Part shown: one piece after another, positions 27,465 through 35,266 of the stretch | Position numbering within the stretch: the stretch's first letter is position 1 | Layout: the number at the start of each line of letters is the position of its first letter | From: Thermoanaerobaculia bacterium | GTDB lineage: Bacteria > Acidobacteriota > Thermoanaerobaculia > UBA5066 > Gp7-AA6 | Length of the DNA stretch: 64,000 nt | NCBI GenBank assembly: GCA_038224325.1 | Contig: JBBRFL010000003.1 | Span: 78,140-142,139 of the forward strand | Direction: 5' to 3' | Notes under the pieces: model-generated | What the model saw: only the letters and a program-made list of their open reading frames with translations | Database searches by the model: none | What the model was told of the DNA's origin: nothing | Program-made: the position numbers and the translations under genes

Positions 27465-28417
27465 ACGACGACACCGTTCCGTTCCCCGCCGCCGAGGCGG
27501 TGGAGGCGGAGCGCAAACCCTCCCGGCGCCGCCGCGGCGGCGCGAGGAGGCACAAGGCCTTCCCCGCTTCCGCCGAGGAGGCGGCGCCGGAGGCCGCCCC
27601 GCTCGTCCTCCCCGCGGCAACGTTTCCGCAGGTCTCCAGCGCCTCGCTCAGCGTATCGTCCGCGCCTCCCGCGCGCGCCTCCGTCGATCAGCGGCTCTCG
27701 CTCTTCATCGACTTCGAGAACATCGCGCTCGGGGTGCGGGACGCCCAGTACAAGAAGTTCGACATCCACCTCGTCCTGCAGCGCCTGATCGAGAAGGGGC
27801 GGATCGTCTTCAAGAAGGCGTACGCCGACTGGACGCGCTACTCCGAGTACAAGCGCGAGTTCCACGAGGCGGCGATCGAGCTCATCGACATTCCTCAGCG
27901 GAACTACACGGGCAAGAACTCGGCCGACATCCGGATGGTCGTGGACGCGATGGACCTCGTGGCCTCTAAGGGGCACATCACGACCTTCGTCATCTGCTCG
28001 GGAGACTCGGACTTCTCGCCGCTGGTCTCGAAGCTCAAGGAGAACGACAAGGGAGTGATCGGGGTCGGGGTCAAGAACTCCACCTCGAACCTGTTGATCT
28101 CAAACTGCGACGAGTTCATCTTCTACGAGGATCTCGTCCGCGAGACCCGAGCGATCCCGTCCATCGACAACCTCCCGAAGAAGAAGCAGGAGGTCTTCCG
28201 ACTCGTGCTCGACTCGCTGCAGGCCCTGCGGCGGGAGAATTACGACGTGATCTGGGGCTCCATGGTCAAGCAGACGATGCAGCGCAAGCAGCCGTACTTC
28301 AGCGAGTCGTACTACGGCTACAAGTCGTTCTCCGAGCTGCTCGAGGACGCGGAGCGTAACGGTCTCCTCACGATGAAGAAGGACGCCAAGAGCGGCGGCT
28401 ACGTGGTTTCGGCATAG
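27461..28417 (+). CDS. NYN (LabA-like PIN) nuclease-domain protein with C-terminal OST-HTH/LOTUS domain
   Basis: The ATG overlaps the PaaI stop in an ATGA junction. The N-terminal ~80 aa are disordered and Arg/Ala-rich. The NYN core is recognisable (LSLFIDFENIALGV…VFKKAYADW…FVICSGDSDFSPLVSKLKENDKGVIGVG). A C-terminal OST-HTH follows (EVFRLVLDSLQAL…YYGYKSFSELLEDAERNGLL). Confidence 0.75.
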   Translation: MNDDTVPFPAAEAVEAERKPSRRRRGGARRHKAFPASAEEAAPEAAPLVLPAATFPQVSSASLSVSSAPPARASVDQRLSLFIDFENIALGVRDAQYKKFDIHLVLQRLIEKGRIVFKKAYADWTRYSEYKREFHEAAIELIDIPQRNYTGKNSADIRMVVDAMDLVASKGHITTFVICSGDSDFSPLVSKLKENDKGVIGVGVKNSTSNLLISNCDEFIFYEDLVRETRAIPSIDNLPKKKQEVFRLVLDSLQALRRENYDVIWGSMVKQTMQRKQPYFSESYYGYKSFSELLEDAERNGLLTMKKDAKSGGYVVSA

Positions 28418-28624
28418 GCTCGGACCCTGTGCGGCCCGCTTCGCGGCCTCACCGAAGGGGGGCGGGAATGTCTCCAGACCTCCCTCTCCCCCGTCGGGAG
28501 GCGCTCTCCCTCTAGCACGCGACGCGAAAGTCTTCCGACGAAGGAGGGAGGAGGTTCGCGCCGCGGAAGCCCGCAGCGATCGCGCCGCCGCGCGACGCGC
28601 GAGGGCGACGTGCGGAGGCGACGG

Positions 28625-29533
28625 TTACGGCCGCCGGAGGATCAGGCGGTCCGGAGTTCCGGCGGGGCCGGACAGCGTGGCGTCGACGTGGAGGTCCACG
28701 AAATTGGCTGAGCCGGAGAGATCCCAGACGACGTTGCGGAAGCCCCGCAACGAGTTGTCCGAGCTCGGATGGATGACGCGGGACAGCGCGTCGCTTCCCC
28801 GCGGGACGGCGTAGCCGGGCGCGAAGTAGACGTAGGAGAGGAATCCGGAGGAGTTGACGCCGGCCTGGACGAGGTAGTCCCGATCCAGGGACTCGAGCAG
28901 CAGATAGGTCGTCGCGTCGGCGGTTCTCCCCTGGCCCTCGACCGCGCGCCAGAGGCGGTCCCGGTGGGGCACCCACGGCGCGAGCGGAATGAAGTCCAGA
29001 TTGAGGGCCGCTCCGCGCGGGGAGGCGAGCGTGGCCGCGGAGATCTCCCGCAGGCGCTCCCGACCGTTCGGCACGGTCAGGTAGCCGGCGCCGGCGCCCC
29101 CGTGTCCGGGATCGGTCAGCGTCACTCCGGCCGCGACGATGTTCCCGGACCGGTCGGTCTCGACGAACGCCTCGCGCAGCGCCGGGCGCGGCGGCGGACC
29201 GGCGATGGAGGTCGCGACTTTCCCCTGCCAGCGGCCCGTCAGGTCCAGGGTCCAGGGCGCGGGACTGGCGTAGGCGAGCGGCGCCGCCTCCCGGACGGGT
29301 TGCGCGGCGCGCGACCCCCACAGGATCGCTCCGACGACCAGGGCGAGGGCAATTCCCGCGACGCCGAGGAGGGCGTTGCGGCCGGGCGCGAAGGCCCGCG
29401 CGGCGGACGGAGAGGAAGGCGGCCGCGGCTCGGGCTCGACCGCCGGCTGCCCCTGAAGCCTCTTGTGGCACTTGAGGCAATCGAGCGCGGGGATCTGCGT
29501 GAAGCCGCAGTGGGGGCACGTGACCCAGGCCAT
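28625..29533 (-). CDS. zinc-ribbon / single-TM / periplasmic-domain protein, hypothetical (anti-sigma-like topology)
   Basis: The cytoplasmic N-terminus carries a four-Cys zinc ribbon (CPHCGF…CLKCH). A Pro-rich linker and one TM segment follow (ALLGVAGIALALVVGAILWG). The periplasmic domain is about 230 aa. Confidence 0.6.
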   Translation of the reverse strand: MAWVTCPHCGFTQIPALDCLKCHKRLQGQPAVEPEPRPPSSPSAARAFAPGRNALLGVAGIALALVVGAILWGSRAAQPVREAAPLAYASPAPWTLDLTGRWQGKVATSIAGPPPRPALREAFVETDRSGNIVAAGVTLTDPGHGGAGAGYLTVPNGRERLREISAATLASPRGAALNLDFIPLAPWVPHRDRLWRAVEGQGRTADATTYLLLESLDRDYLVQAGVNSSGFLSYVYFAPGYAVPRGSDALSRVIHPSSDNSLRGFRNVVWDLSGSANFVDLHVDATLSGPAGTPDRLILRRP

Positions 29534-29580
29534 GGAGGAAGTGTACCGCCGCGGCGCCAGGCCGCGCTTGCGGGCTCCGC

Positions 29581-30642
29581 TCAGATCTCGCGGAAGAAGA
29601 ACCGATCCAGCACGGACATGCGCTCGGCGAGCTGCCGGGCGTCGGGCTCCATGAGCCAGAGGGCCGCTCGGATGGAGGACGCGAGGGAGTTGCCGTCCTG
29701 GGGCGTGAAACAGAAACCGATGACCTCGCGCTCGCCCTTCACGGCGACCGTCGGCGAGGAGATGACCGCCTGGGAAAGGATCCTGCCGTAGTACCCGTGG
29801 TCCCGCCCGAAGGAGAAGATCTGGTTGGACGAGCGCCGCTCGGTCAGCGCGATCCGCCGGTTGGCGTGAAGCCGGGTGAGGACCCGCTCGCGGGAGATCG
29901 GCTCGGACAGCTCCATGTCGAACCAGAGCGAGTGCATGTACTGGGTGTTCAGCTTCATGGCCGAGGAGAAGATCGGCGGCTTCCATCCGAGCGTCGAGAG
30001 GAGCGCCGCGGCGTCGCGCGCGTGGTGCGTGCCGAACTCCGGATCGTCGTGCTTTCCCGCCGAGGGCGCCGGCGCGAAGCCCGAGTCCTGGGAGACGTCG
30101 TTCGCCCTCCGCATGCACACGAAGCGAGCCTTTTCCAGGATCCGCGCGCCCGCGTCGTTGGTGCCGAGCGTCTGGATCAGGCAGGCGATGTTGTGGGTGT
30201 TGCAGGAGACGATCTGCAGGAAACGGTCCTGGCCGTGGATGAGCGCCTCGTCGTTGATCCCCATCGCATACATCTTGCCGAAGCCGAACTCGCTGCCCTG
30301 GGCGAGGAAGCCGAGCGGGCCGGAGATCTTCTCGTACTGCTTCTTGTTCTCGTTGCCCGCGGGAGTGCAGTCGATCACCACGGTCGCGCGTTCCAGGGCG
30401 GCCTGCGCCTCGCCCGTGACGCGGTGGCCCAGCGCCTCGAAGTCGGCGACCTTGTCCGAGTCGACCACGAGATGCGCGCCCCGCTCGACCAGGTGGTTGA
30501 CCTTGGCCCTCTCCGTCGTCATCGGGGTGCGCTTGTGGAACGTGATCTCGTCGATCCCCAGGGACTTTCCGAAGTCGGCGAACAGCCCGATCAGCGGCTC
30601 GCCGATGGTCCCGGTGCCGACGACGTGGACGATCTTCTTCAT
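29581..30642 (-). CDS. archaeal-type (class II) glyceraldehyde-3-phosphate dehydrogenase-like NAD(P) oxidoreductase
   Basis: AGGAGA lies upstream of the ATG. The N-terminus has a Rossmann fold (MKKIVHVVGTGTIGEPL). VVIDCTPAGNENKKQYEK matches type II GAPDH, and VSCNTHNIACLIQTL matches its SCNTT catalytic-Cys motif. KARFVCMRRANDVSQ corresponds to the VRRGADPAQ region. The protein is 354 aa. Confidence 0.6.
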   Translation of the reverse strand: MKKIVHVVGTGTIGEPLIGLFADFGKSLGIDEITFHKRTPMTTERAKVNHLVERGAHLVVDSDKVADFEALGHRVTGEAQAALERATVVIDCTPAGNENKKQYEKISGPLGFLAQGSEFGFGKMYAMGINDEALIHGQDRFLQIVSCNTHNIACLIQTLGTNDAGARILEKARFVCMRRANDVSQDSGFAPAPSAGKHDDPEFGTHHARDAAALLSTLGWKPPIFSSAMKLNTQYMHSLWFDMELSEPISRERVLTRLHANRRIALTERRSSNQIFSFGRDHGYYGRILSQAVISSPTVAVKGEREVIGFCFTPQDGNSLASSIRAALWLMEPDARQLAERMSVLDRFFFREI

Positions 30643-30760
30643 CGCGTTCTCCTGTGGCGGGTCGCTCTCGAAAGCGTTGCGAGACGGGCGGAAGGATACG
30701 ATGAGATCCCGAAATCGCCAACCGAGGAGGTGTTCGCTGGCGAGCCGCCTGTACTCTGTG

Positions 30761-31390
30761 ATGTTTTCCGGGCCCGCTGGGGAGTTGGAGGGTCTCTGGA
30801 AGGAGGCGGACGGCGAGCGGCGCGGCGCGGCGGTTTTTGCGCATCCCCATCCGCTCCACGGCGGGACGATGCACAACAAGGTCGTGTATCGGGCCGTCCA
30901 GGCCCTGACGCAGTCGGGCTACGAGACGCTGCGCTTCCAGTTTCGCGGGGTCGGGCTTTCTCAGGGTCGGTACGACACGGGACACGGCGAGGTCGATGAC
31001 TATCGAGCGGCCCTGGAGCACGCCGTGGCGCGGGGCGGCCCCCCCGTCGTCGCCGGAGGGTTCTCCTTCGGTGCCGCGATGGCTCTTCGGGCGTGTGCCG
31101 GCGACCCGAGGGTGTCCGCGTACCTGGGACTCGGTTTGCCGGTCGCCACCGAATCGACCCGCCTGCTTCCGAAGCCCTCGGTTCCCGCGCTCCTGCTCGT
31201 GGGGGAGCGGGACGCGTTCGGTCCTCCCGGCGATCTCCTCCGCTTCGCGCAGGGCTCCGCCCGCGTCGTGGTGATTCCCGAGGCGGACCACTTCTTCGAG
31301 GGCCATCTCGAGGAAGTCTCCGCCGCGATTCGCTCGTTCCTCGCGGAGATCGCGGGCGCTCCGCGCGCGGCCGCCGGGGAGGCATCCTGA
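30761..31390 (+). CDS. alpha/beta-fold hydrolase (COG2945-like)
   Basis: The protein is 209 aa. The fold is evident (AAVFAHPHPLHGGTMHNKVV…GGFSFGAAMAL nucleophile-elbow GxSxG…DHFF). Confidence 0.65.
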   Translation: MFSGPAGELEGLWKEADGERRGAAVFAHPHPLHGGTMHNKVVYRAVQALTQSGYETLRFQFRGVGLSQGRYDTGHGEVDDYRAALEHAVARGGPPVVAGGFSFGAAMALRACAGDPRVSAYLGLGLPVATESTRLLPKPSVPALLLVGERDAFGPPGDLLRFAQGSARVVVIPEADHFFEGHLEEVSAAIRSFLAEIAGAPRAAAGEAS

Positions 31391-31944
31391 CGGCGGGCGC
31401 TCCGCTTTCGGCGGATGCGCGCGCGGCCCTCCTCGGCCTGGCCCGGGGAACGCTCGAGGCCCACTTCCGCGGCGATTCGCCGCCGCGGCTGAGCTCCGAT
31501 CGAGCCGAGACCTTCGGCCAGCCGCGGGGGCTCTTCGTGACCCTGCACGCGGGAGGCGAGTTGCGGGGCTGCATCGGCACGCTCGCTCCGACGGGCGATC
31601 TCACGCGCATGATCTCCGAGTACGCGCTCCGGGCGGCGCTGGAGGATCCGCGCTTCCCGCCGCTCTCGAAGGCGGAGCTGGCCGGCTGCCGGATCGAGGT
31701 CTCGGTTCTGACCGCTCCCGAGCGCATCGATGGCCCGGAGCAGATCGAGATTGGACGGGACGGCTTGATCGTGGAGATGGGCAGGCATCGCGGCCTCCTC
31801 CTGCCCCAGGTCGCAACGGAGTGGGGATTCGACGCGGAGCGTTTCCTGGCCGAGGTCTCGCGCAAGGCCGGCCTCGACTCCGACGCTTGGAGGAACCCGG
31901 ACGCGCGGATCTGGACCTTTCAGGCGGAGGTCTTCGGGGAGTGA
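31384..31944 (+). CDS. AMMECR1-domain protein (AmmeMemoRadiSam system protein A); start codon unresolved
   Basis: The AMMECR1 core is present (GLFVTLHAGGELRGCIGT…LPQVATEWGFDAERFLAEV). There is no in-frame ATG, GTG or TTG between the upstream stop and the conserved core. The reading frame opens around 31384-31389, overlapping the hydrolase stop. Confidence 0.7.
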   Translation: MLTAGAPLSADARAALLGLARGTLEAHFRGDSPPRLSSDRAETFGQPRGLFVTLHAGGELRGCIGTLAPTGDLTRMISEYALRAALEDPRFPPLSKAELAGCRIEVSVLTAPERIDGPEQIEIGRDGLIVEMGRHRGLLLPQVATEWGFDAERFLAEVSRKAGLDSDAWRNPDARIWTFQAEVFGE

Positions 31945-32061
31945 AGGGAACGGGAAACCGTCAGAAGAAGATCGTGGTCCCCCGGAGACCGCCGCCGCCG
32001 CCGCCGCCTCGGCCGAAACCCGCGCCCCGGAAGCCGACTCGCAGCGGAACGAGGTGAATCT

Positions 32062-32826
32062 TCAGTCGGTCCCGGCGCGCAGCGACGGCGAGTAGAGCAG
32101 CAGCGCCACGGCGACGGCCGCGTTGAGGGACTCGACGGGCGTCCGCATGGGGATCGTGAGCTTGCGGTCCAGGTAGCGGTAGGCCCCCGCGGGAAGGCCC
32201 GTGCCCTCGGCGCCCACGGTCAAGACGGATTCCCGCGAGAGCGGAGCCTCGAACGCGTTCTCCCCGCCGGCCGCCACGGCGCCGCAGATCGGCCGTCCCG
32301 CCGCCTTCGCGGCCGCGGCGAAGGGCTCGAAGGACACGCGGCCGGAGACGGGGATCCGCAGGACGCTCCCGGCGCTGGCCCGTACGGCCCGGGCGTGGAA
32401 AAAGTCCGCGGAGCCCGGCGCGCCGAGAACGCCCGCCGCGCCGGCGGCTTCGGCCACGCGCACGATCGCGCCCAGATTTCCGGGGTCCTGGACCCCGAAG
32501 ACGAACACGAGCGGCCCCGGCCGACCCAGGATCTCGGCGACGGGAACGTCGCGCCGGCGCGCGACCGCGAGGAGGTGCTGCGGCGTCCGGGAGTCGGCCA
32601 GGTGCTCGAGCACGGCGCGCGAGACCAGCCGGGGATCCGCCGCCGTGACCGCCGCGAGGCGGCCGGGCCGCACGCTCTGGTCGTGCAGGACGTGATCGAG
32701 CCGGATGCCGGCCGCCACCGCGTCGAGGATGGCCTTCTCGCCTTCGAGCAGGAAGTGCGTGCGCGCCTCGAGGCCGCGTGCGATTTCGCGAATTCGAGGG
32801 TTGGACGCGGATCCGATCGGGGGCAT
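32062..32826 (-). CDS. TrmH-family (SpoU) RNA 2'-O-methyltransferase
   Basis: SPOUT motifs are present (LVFVFGVQDPGNLGAIVRVAEAAG…VGAEGTGL…IPMRTPVESLNAAVAVALLLY). Confidence 0.8.
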   Translation of the reverse strand: MPPIGSASNPRIREIARGLEARTHFLLEGEKAILDAVAAGIRLDHVLHDQSVRPGRLAAVTAADPRLVSRAVLEHLADSRTPQHLLAVARRRDVPVAEILGRPGPLVFVFGVQDPGNLGAIVRVAEAAGAAGVLGAPGSADFFHARAVRASAGSVLRIPVSGRVSFEPFAAAAKAAGRPICGAVAAGGENAFEAPLSRESVLTVGAEGTGLPAGAYRYLDRKLTIPMRTPVESLNAAVAVALLLYSPSLRAGTD

Positions 32827-32852
32827 CGATCGACATGCTATAACCGCGCGCG

Positions 32853-34049
32853 ATGAGGCTCGCCCGCGGCCGGAAGGCGTTCTCGACGGCCGTCGGGACT
32901 GCCGCCGCCCACTCCTCCTGGGCTTCGCTCTGGACCTTTCCGGCGATGATCGGGGCCGCGTTCGTCGTCTCGTGGGGCGCGGAGGCCGCCGAGTTCCTGA
33001 TGTCCCAGGGCCTGGCCCTCGCCATCCTCGCGCTGATCCAGACGATGCCCGAGTTCGCCGTGGAAGCCGTGATCGCGTGGAAGGCGGGGAAGAATCCCGA
33101 CATGGTCCATCTCGCGATTGCGAACTTCACGGGGAGTCTGCGTCTCCTGACGGGGTTCGGATGGCCGATGATCTACGCCGTCGCGGCCGTCTCCTCGCGC
33201 CGGAAGATGGGCCGCCGGCTTGGAGCTATCCGATTCGAGGACGATCAGGCCGTGGAGGTCGTGGGACTGCTCCCGCCGCTCGCCTACTTCGTGATCGTGT
33301 GGGCCAAGGCCAGTCTCTCGCTGGTCGACGCCGCGATCCTGACGGCGACCTATGTCCTGTACCTGGTGGTCCTCCTGCGCATGCCCCCGCGCGCGGAAAC
33401 CATCGAGCAGGACGACGAGGTCCCCGCGGTCTCGCGGTGGGCGCTCTCGTTCACGGGCGCCAAGCGATGGCTGGCCGTCGGCGGCCTCTTCGCGGTGGGG
33501 GGAGCCGTGATCGTGCTCGTCGCCGAGCCGTTCCTGAACGCCATGATGTCGATCGCCGTCAGCCTGGGCATCTCGCAGTTCGTCTTCATCCAGTGGGTGG
33601 CGCCCTTCATCTCCGAGTTTCCCGAGAAGACCTCGGCATTCGCCTGGGCGCGCCGGGTCACGCGGGCTCCGGTCGCCCTGCTCAACATGGTGTCCTCGAA
33701 CATCAACCAGTGGGGCATCCTCTCCGGGCTTCTGGCGGTGATCTACTGCTGGAGCCACGGCGCCACCACGCCGCTGCCCTTCGACGAGTTCCAGCGTCTG
33801 GAGATCCTGCTGACGATCCTCCAGGCGTTCCTGGGCTGGCTCTTCCTCGCGTCGATGAGCTTCGAGGCCTACGAGGCCGTCGGCCTCTTCATTCTCTGGC
33901 TGGTCCAGTTCGCGGTGCCGTCCCTGCGGCAGTCGATGGTCTGGGTCTACGGCGGCTGGATCGGGATCGAGGTCCTCCTGCTCGTGTCGGGACGGAAACA
34001 AATCCGCGCGTTCGCGGCGTTCGCGCGATCCTGGAAGGAGCGGCGATGA
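32853..34049 (+). CDS. CaCA-family sodium/calcium (cation) antiporter
   Basis: The membrane protein is 398 aa. Two alpha-repeat motifs are present (LIQTMPEFAVE and FISEFPEK). Confidence 0.75.
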   Translation: MRLARGRKAFSTAVGTAAAHSSWASLWTFPAMIGAAFVVSWGAEAAEFLMSQGLALAILALIQTMPEFAVEAVIAWKAGKNPDMVHLAIANFTGSLRLLTGFGWPMIYAVAAVSSRRKMGRRLGAIRFEDDQAVEVVGLLPPLAYFVIVWAKASLSLVDAAILTATYVLYLVVLLRMPPRAETIEQDDEVPAVSRWALSFTGAKRWLAVGGLFAVGGAVIVLVAEPFLNAMMSIAVSLGISQFVFIQWVAPFISEFPEKTSAFAWARRVTRAPVALLNMVSSNINQWGILSGLLAVIYCWSHGATTPLPFDEFQRLEILLTILQAFLGWLFLASMSFEAYEAVGLFILWLVQFAVPSLRQSMVWVYGGWIGIEVLLLVSGRKQIRAFAAFARSWKERR

Positions 34050-35266
34050 CGGAATGGAAGCTGTCCCGGAGGATCGCGGCGCTGACGCCTTCATCCACGA
34101 CCGCCATGGCGAAGAAGGCCAAGGCGCTGGCCGCGTCCGGAGTGGACGTGGTCGATTTCTCCATCGGCGAGCCGGACTTCGATACGCCGCGATTCGTGGG
34201 AGAGGCGGGGATGCGCGCGATCGAGGCGGGCCGGACGAAGTACACCGACGTCGCCGGAGAGTCCGCGTTGCGCGAGGCGATCGCGGAGAAGTACCGGCGG
34301 GAGCAGGGGGCCGTGGTTTCCCGCGAGAACGTCATCGTCACGGCCGGCGCCAAGCAGGCCGTGTTCAACGTCTGCCAGGCGCTCTTCGAGGAGGGGGACG
34401 AGGTCGCGCTCTTCGCGCCGTACTGGGTCTCGTTTCCCGAGATGGTGCGACTGACCGGCGCCGCGCCGCTCGTCGTCCCGACGTCGCTCGCCTCCGGGTG
34501 GCACGCGACCGCCGCGGCGCTCGAGAGGCGGGCGACCTCACGAACCCGCGGGGTGATCCTCAACTCGCCCAACAATCCCACCGGAGCCGTGGTCGATCCG
34601 GCCGAGCTCTCCCGCATCCAGGATTGGTGCGCGGCGCGCGGCGCGTGGCTGATCTACGACGAGACGTACGACCAGTTCCTCTACGACGGGCGCGGACACG
34701 CTTCCGCCGCAGCGCGCCTCGCCGACGGCGACCGACTCGTGGTCACCGGCGCCGCATCGAAGACGTACGCGATGACGGGCTGGCGCCTCGGTTGGGCCGT
34801 CGGCCCCCCGCGGCTGATCCAGGCGATGACCTCCTACCAGAGCCACACGACGTCCAACGCCTCTTCGATCTCGCAGGCGGCGGCGCTCGCCGCGCTCACC
34901 GACCTCGCCCGTTCCTCCGCCTCCGTGGCCGGGATGCTCGGCCAGTACGAGTCCCGGCGCCGACTCATGGTCGAGGGCCTCGCACAGATCGAGGGCCTGC
35001 GATGCGGCCTGCCCGAGGGGGCCTTCTACGCCTTCGTCGATCTCTCGAGTCTCTACGAACCGATCGGCGTCGAGGGATCGGCCGCGTTCTGCGAGCGGCT
35101 GCTCGCGGAGGCGCACGTCGCGGCGGTGCCCGGCGACGCGTTCGGAGAGGACGCGTGCGTCCGTTTCTCCTACGCGACCCCGGCCGAGCGCATCCGCGAG
35201 GGCCTTCGTCGGTTCGCCGGATGGCTGGCGCGGGCGACTGTGGAGAGGGGCGCGGCTAAGTCCTGA
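34046..35266 (+). CDS. pyridoxal-phosphate-dependent aminotransferase, class I (aspartate/aromatic)
   Basis: The ATG overlaps the antiporter stop in an ATGA junction. Class I motifs are present (FSIGEPDFDTP…LNSPNNPTGAV…VTGAASKTYAMTGWRLGW, Lys in SK(T/S)). Confidence 0.85.
   Translation: MTEWKLSRRIAALTPSSTTAMAKKAKALAASGVDVVDFSIGEPDFDTPRFVGEAGMRAIEAGRTKYTDVAGESALREAIAEKYRREQGAVVSRENVIVTAGAKQAVFNVCQALFEEGDEVALFAPYWVSFPEMVRLTGAAPLVVPTSLASGWHATAAALERRATSRTRGVILNSPNNPTGAVVDPAELSRIQDWCAARGAWLIYDETYDQFLYDGRGHASAAARLADGDRLVVTGAASKTYAMTGWRLGWAVGPPRLIQAMTSYQSHTTSNASSISQAAALAALTDLARSSASVAGMLGQYESRRRLMVEGLAQIEGLRCGLPEGAFYAFVDLSSLYEPIGVEGSAAFCERLLAEAHVAAVPGDAFGEDACVRFSYATPAERIREGLRRFAGWLARATVERGAAKS

Noticed and set aside
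28418-28624. 207-bp convergent intergenic region, checked for a tRNA or small RNA
   Set aside because: No tRNA-like acceptor or T-arm consensus (GGTTCGAATCC) is present. Only weak GC-rich inverted repeats were seen. There is too little evidence to call a feature.
32001-32018. (CCG)6 trinucleotide run in the AMMECR1-trmH convergent spacer
   Set aside because: A short GC-rich run is expected by chance at this base composition. It has no obvious function.
31961-33130. 389-aa minus-strand ORF spanning the trmH region
   Set aside because: It is in a different frame from the well-supported TrmH-family gene at 32062-32826. The composition is Arg/Gly-rich and spurious.
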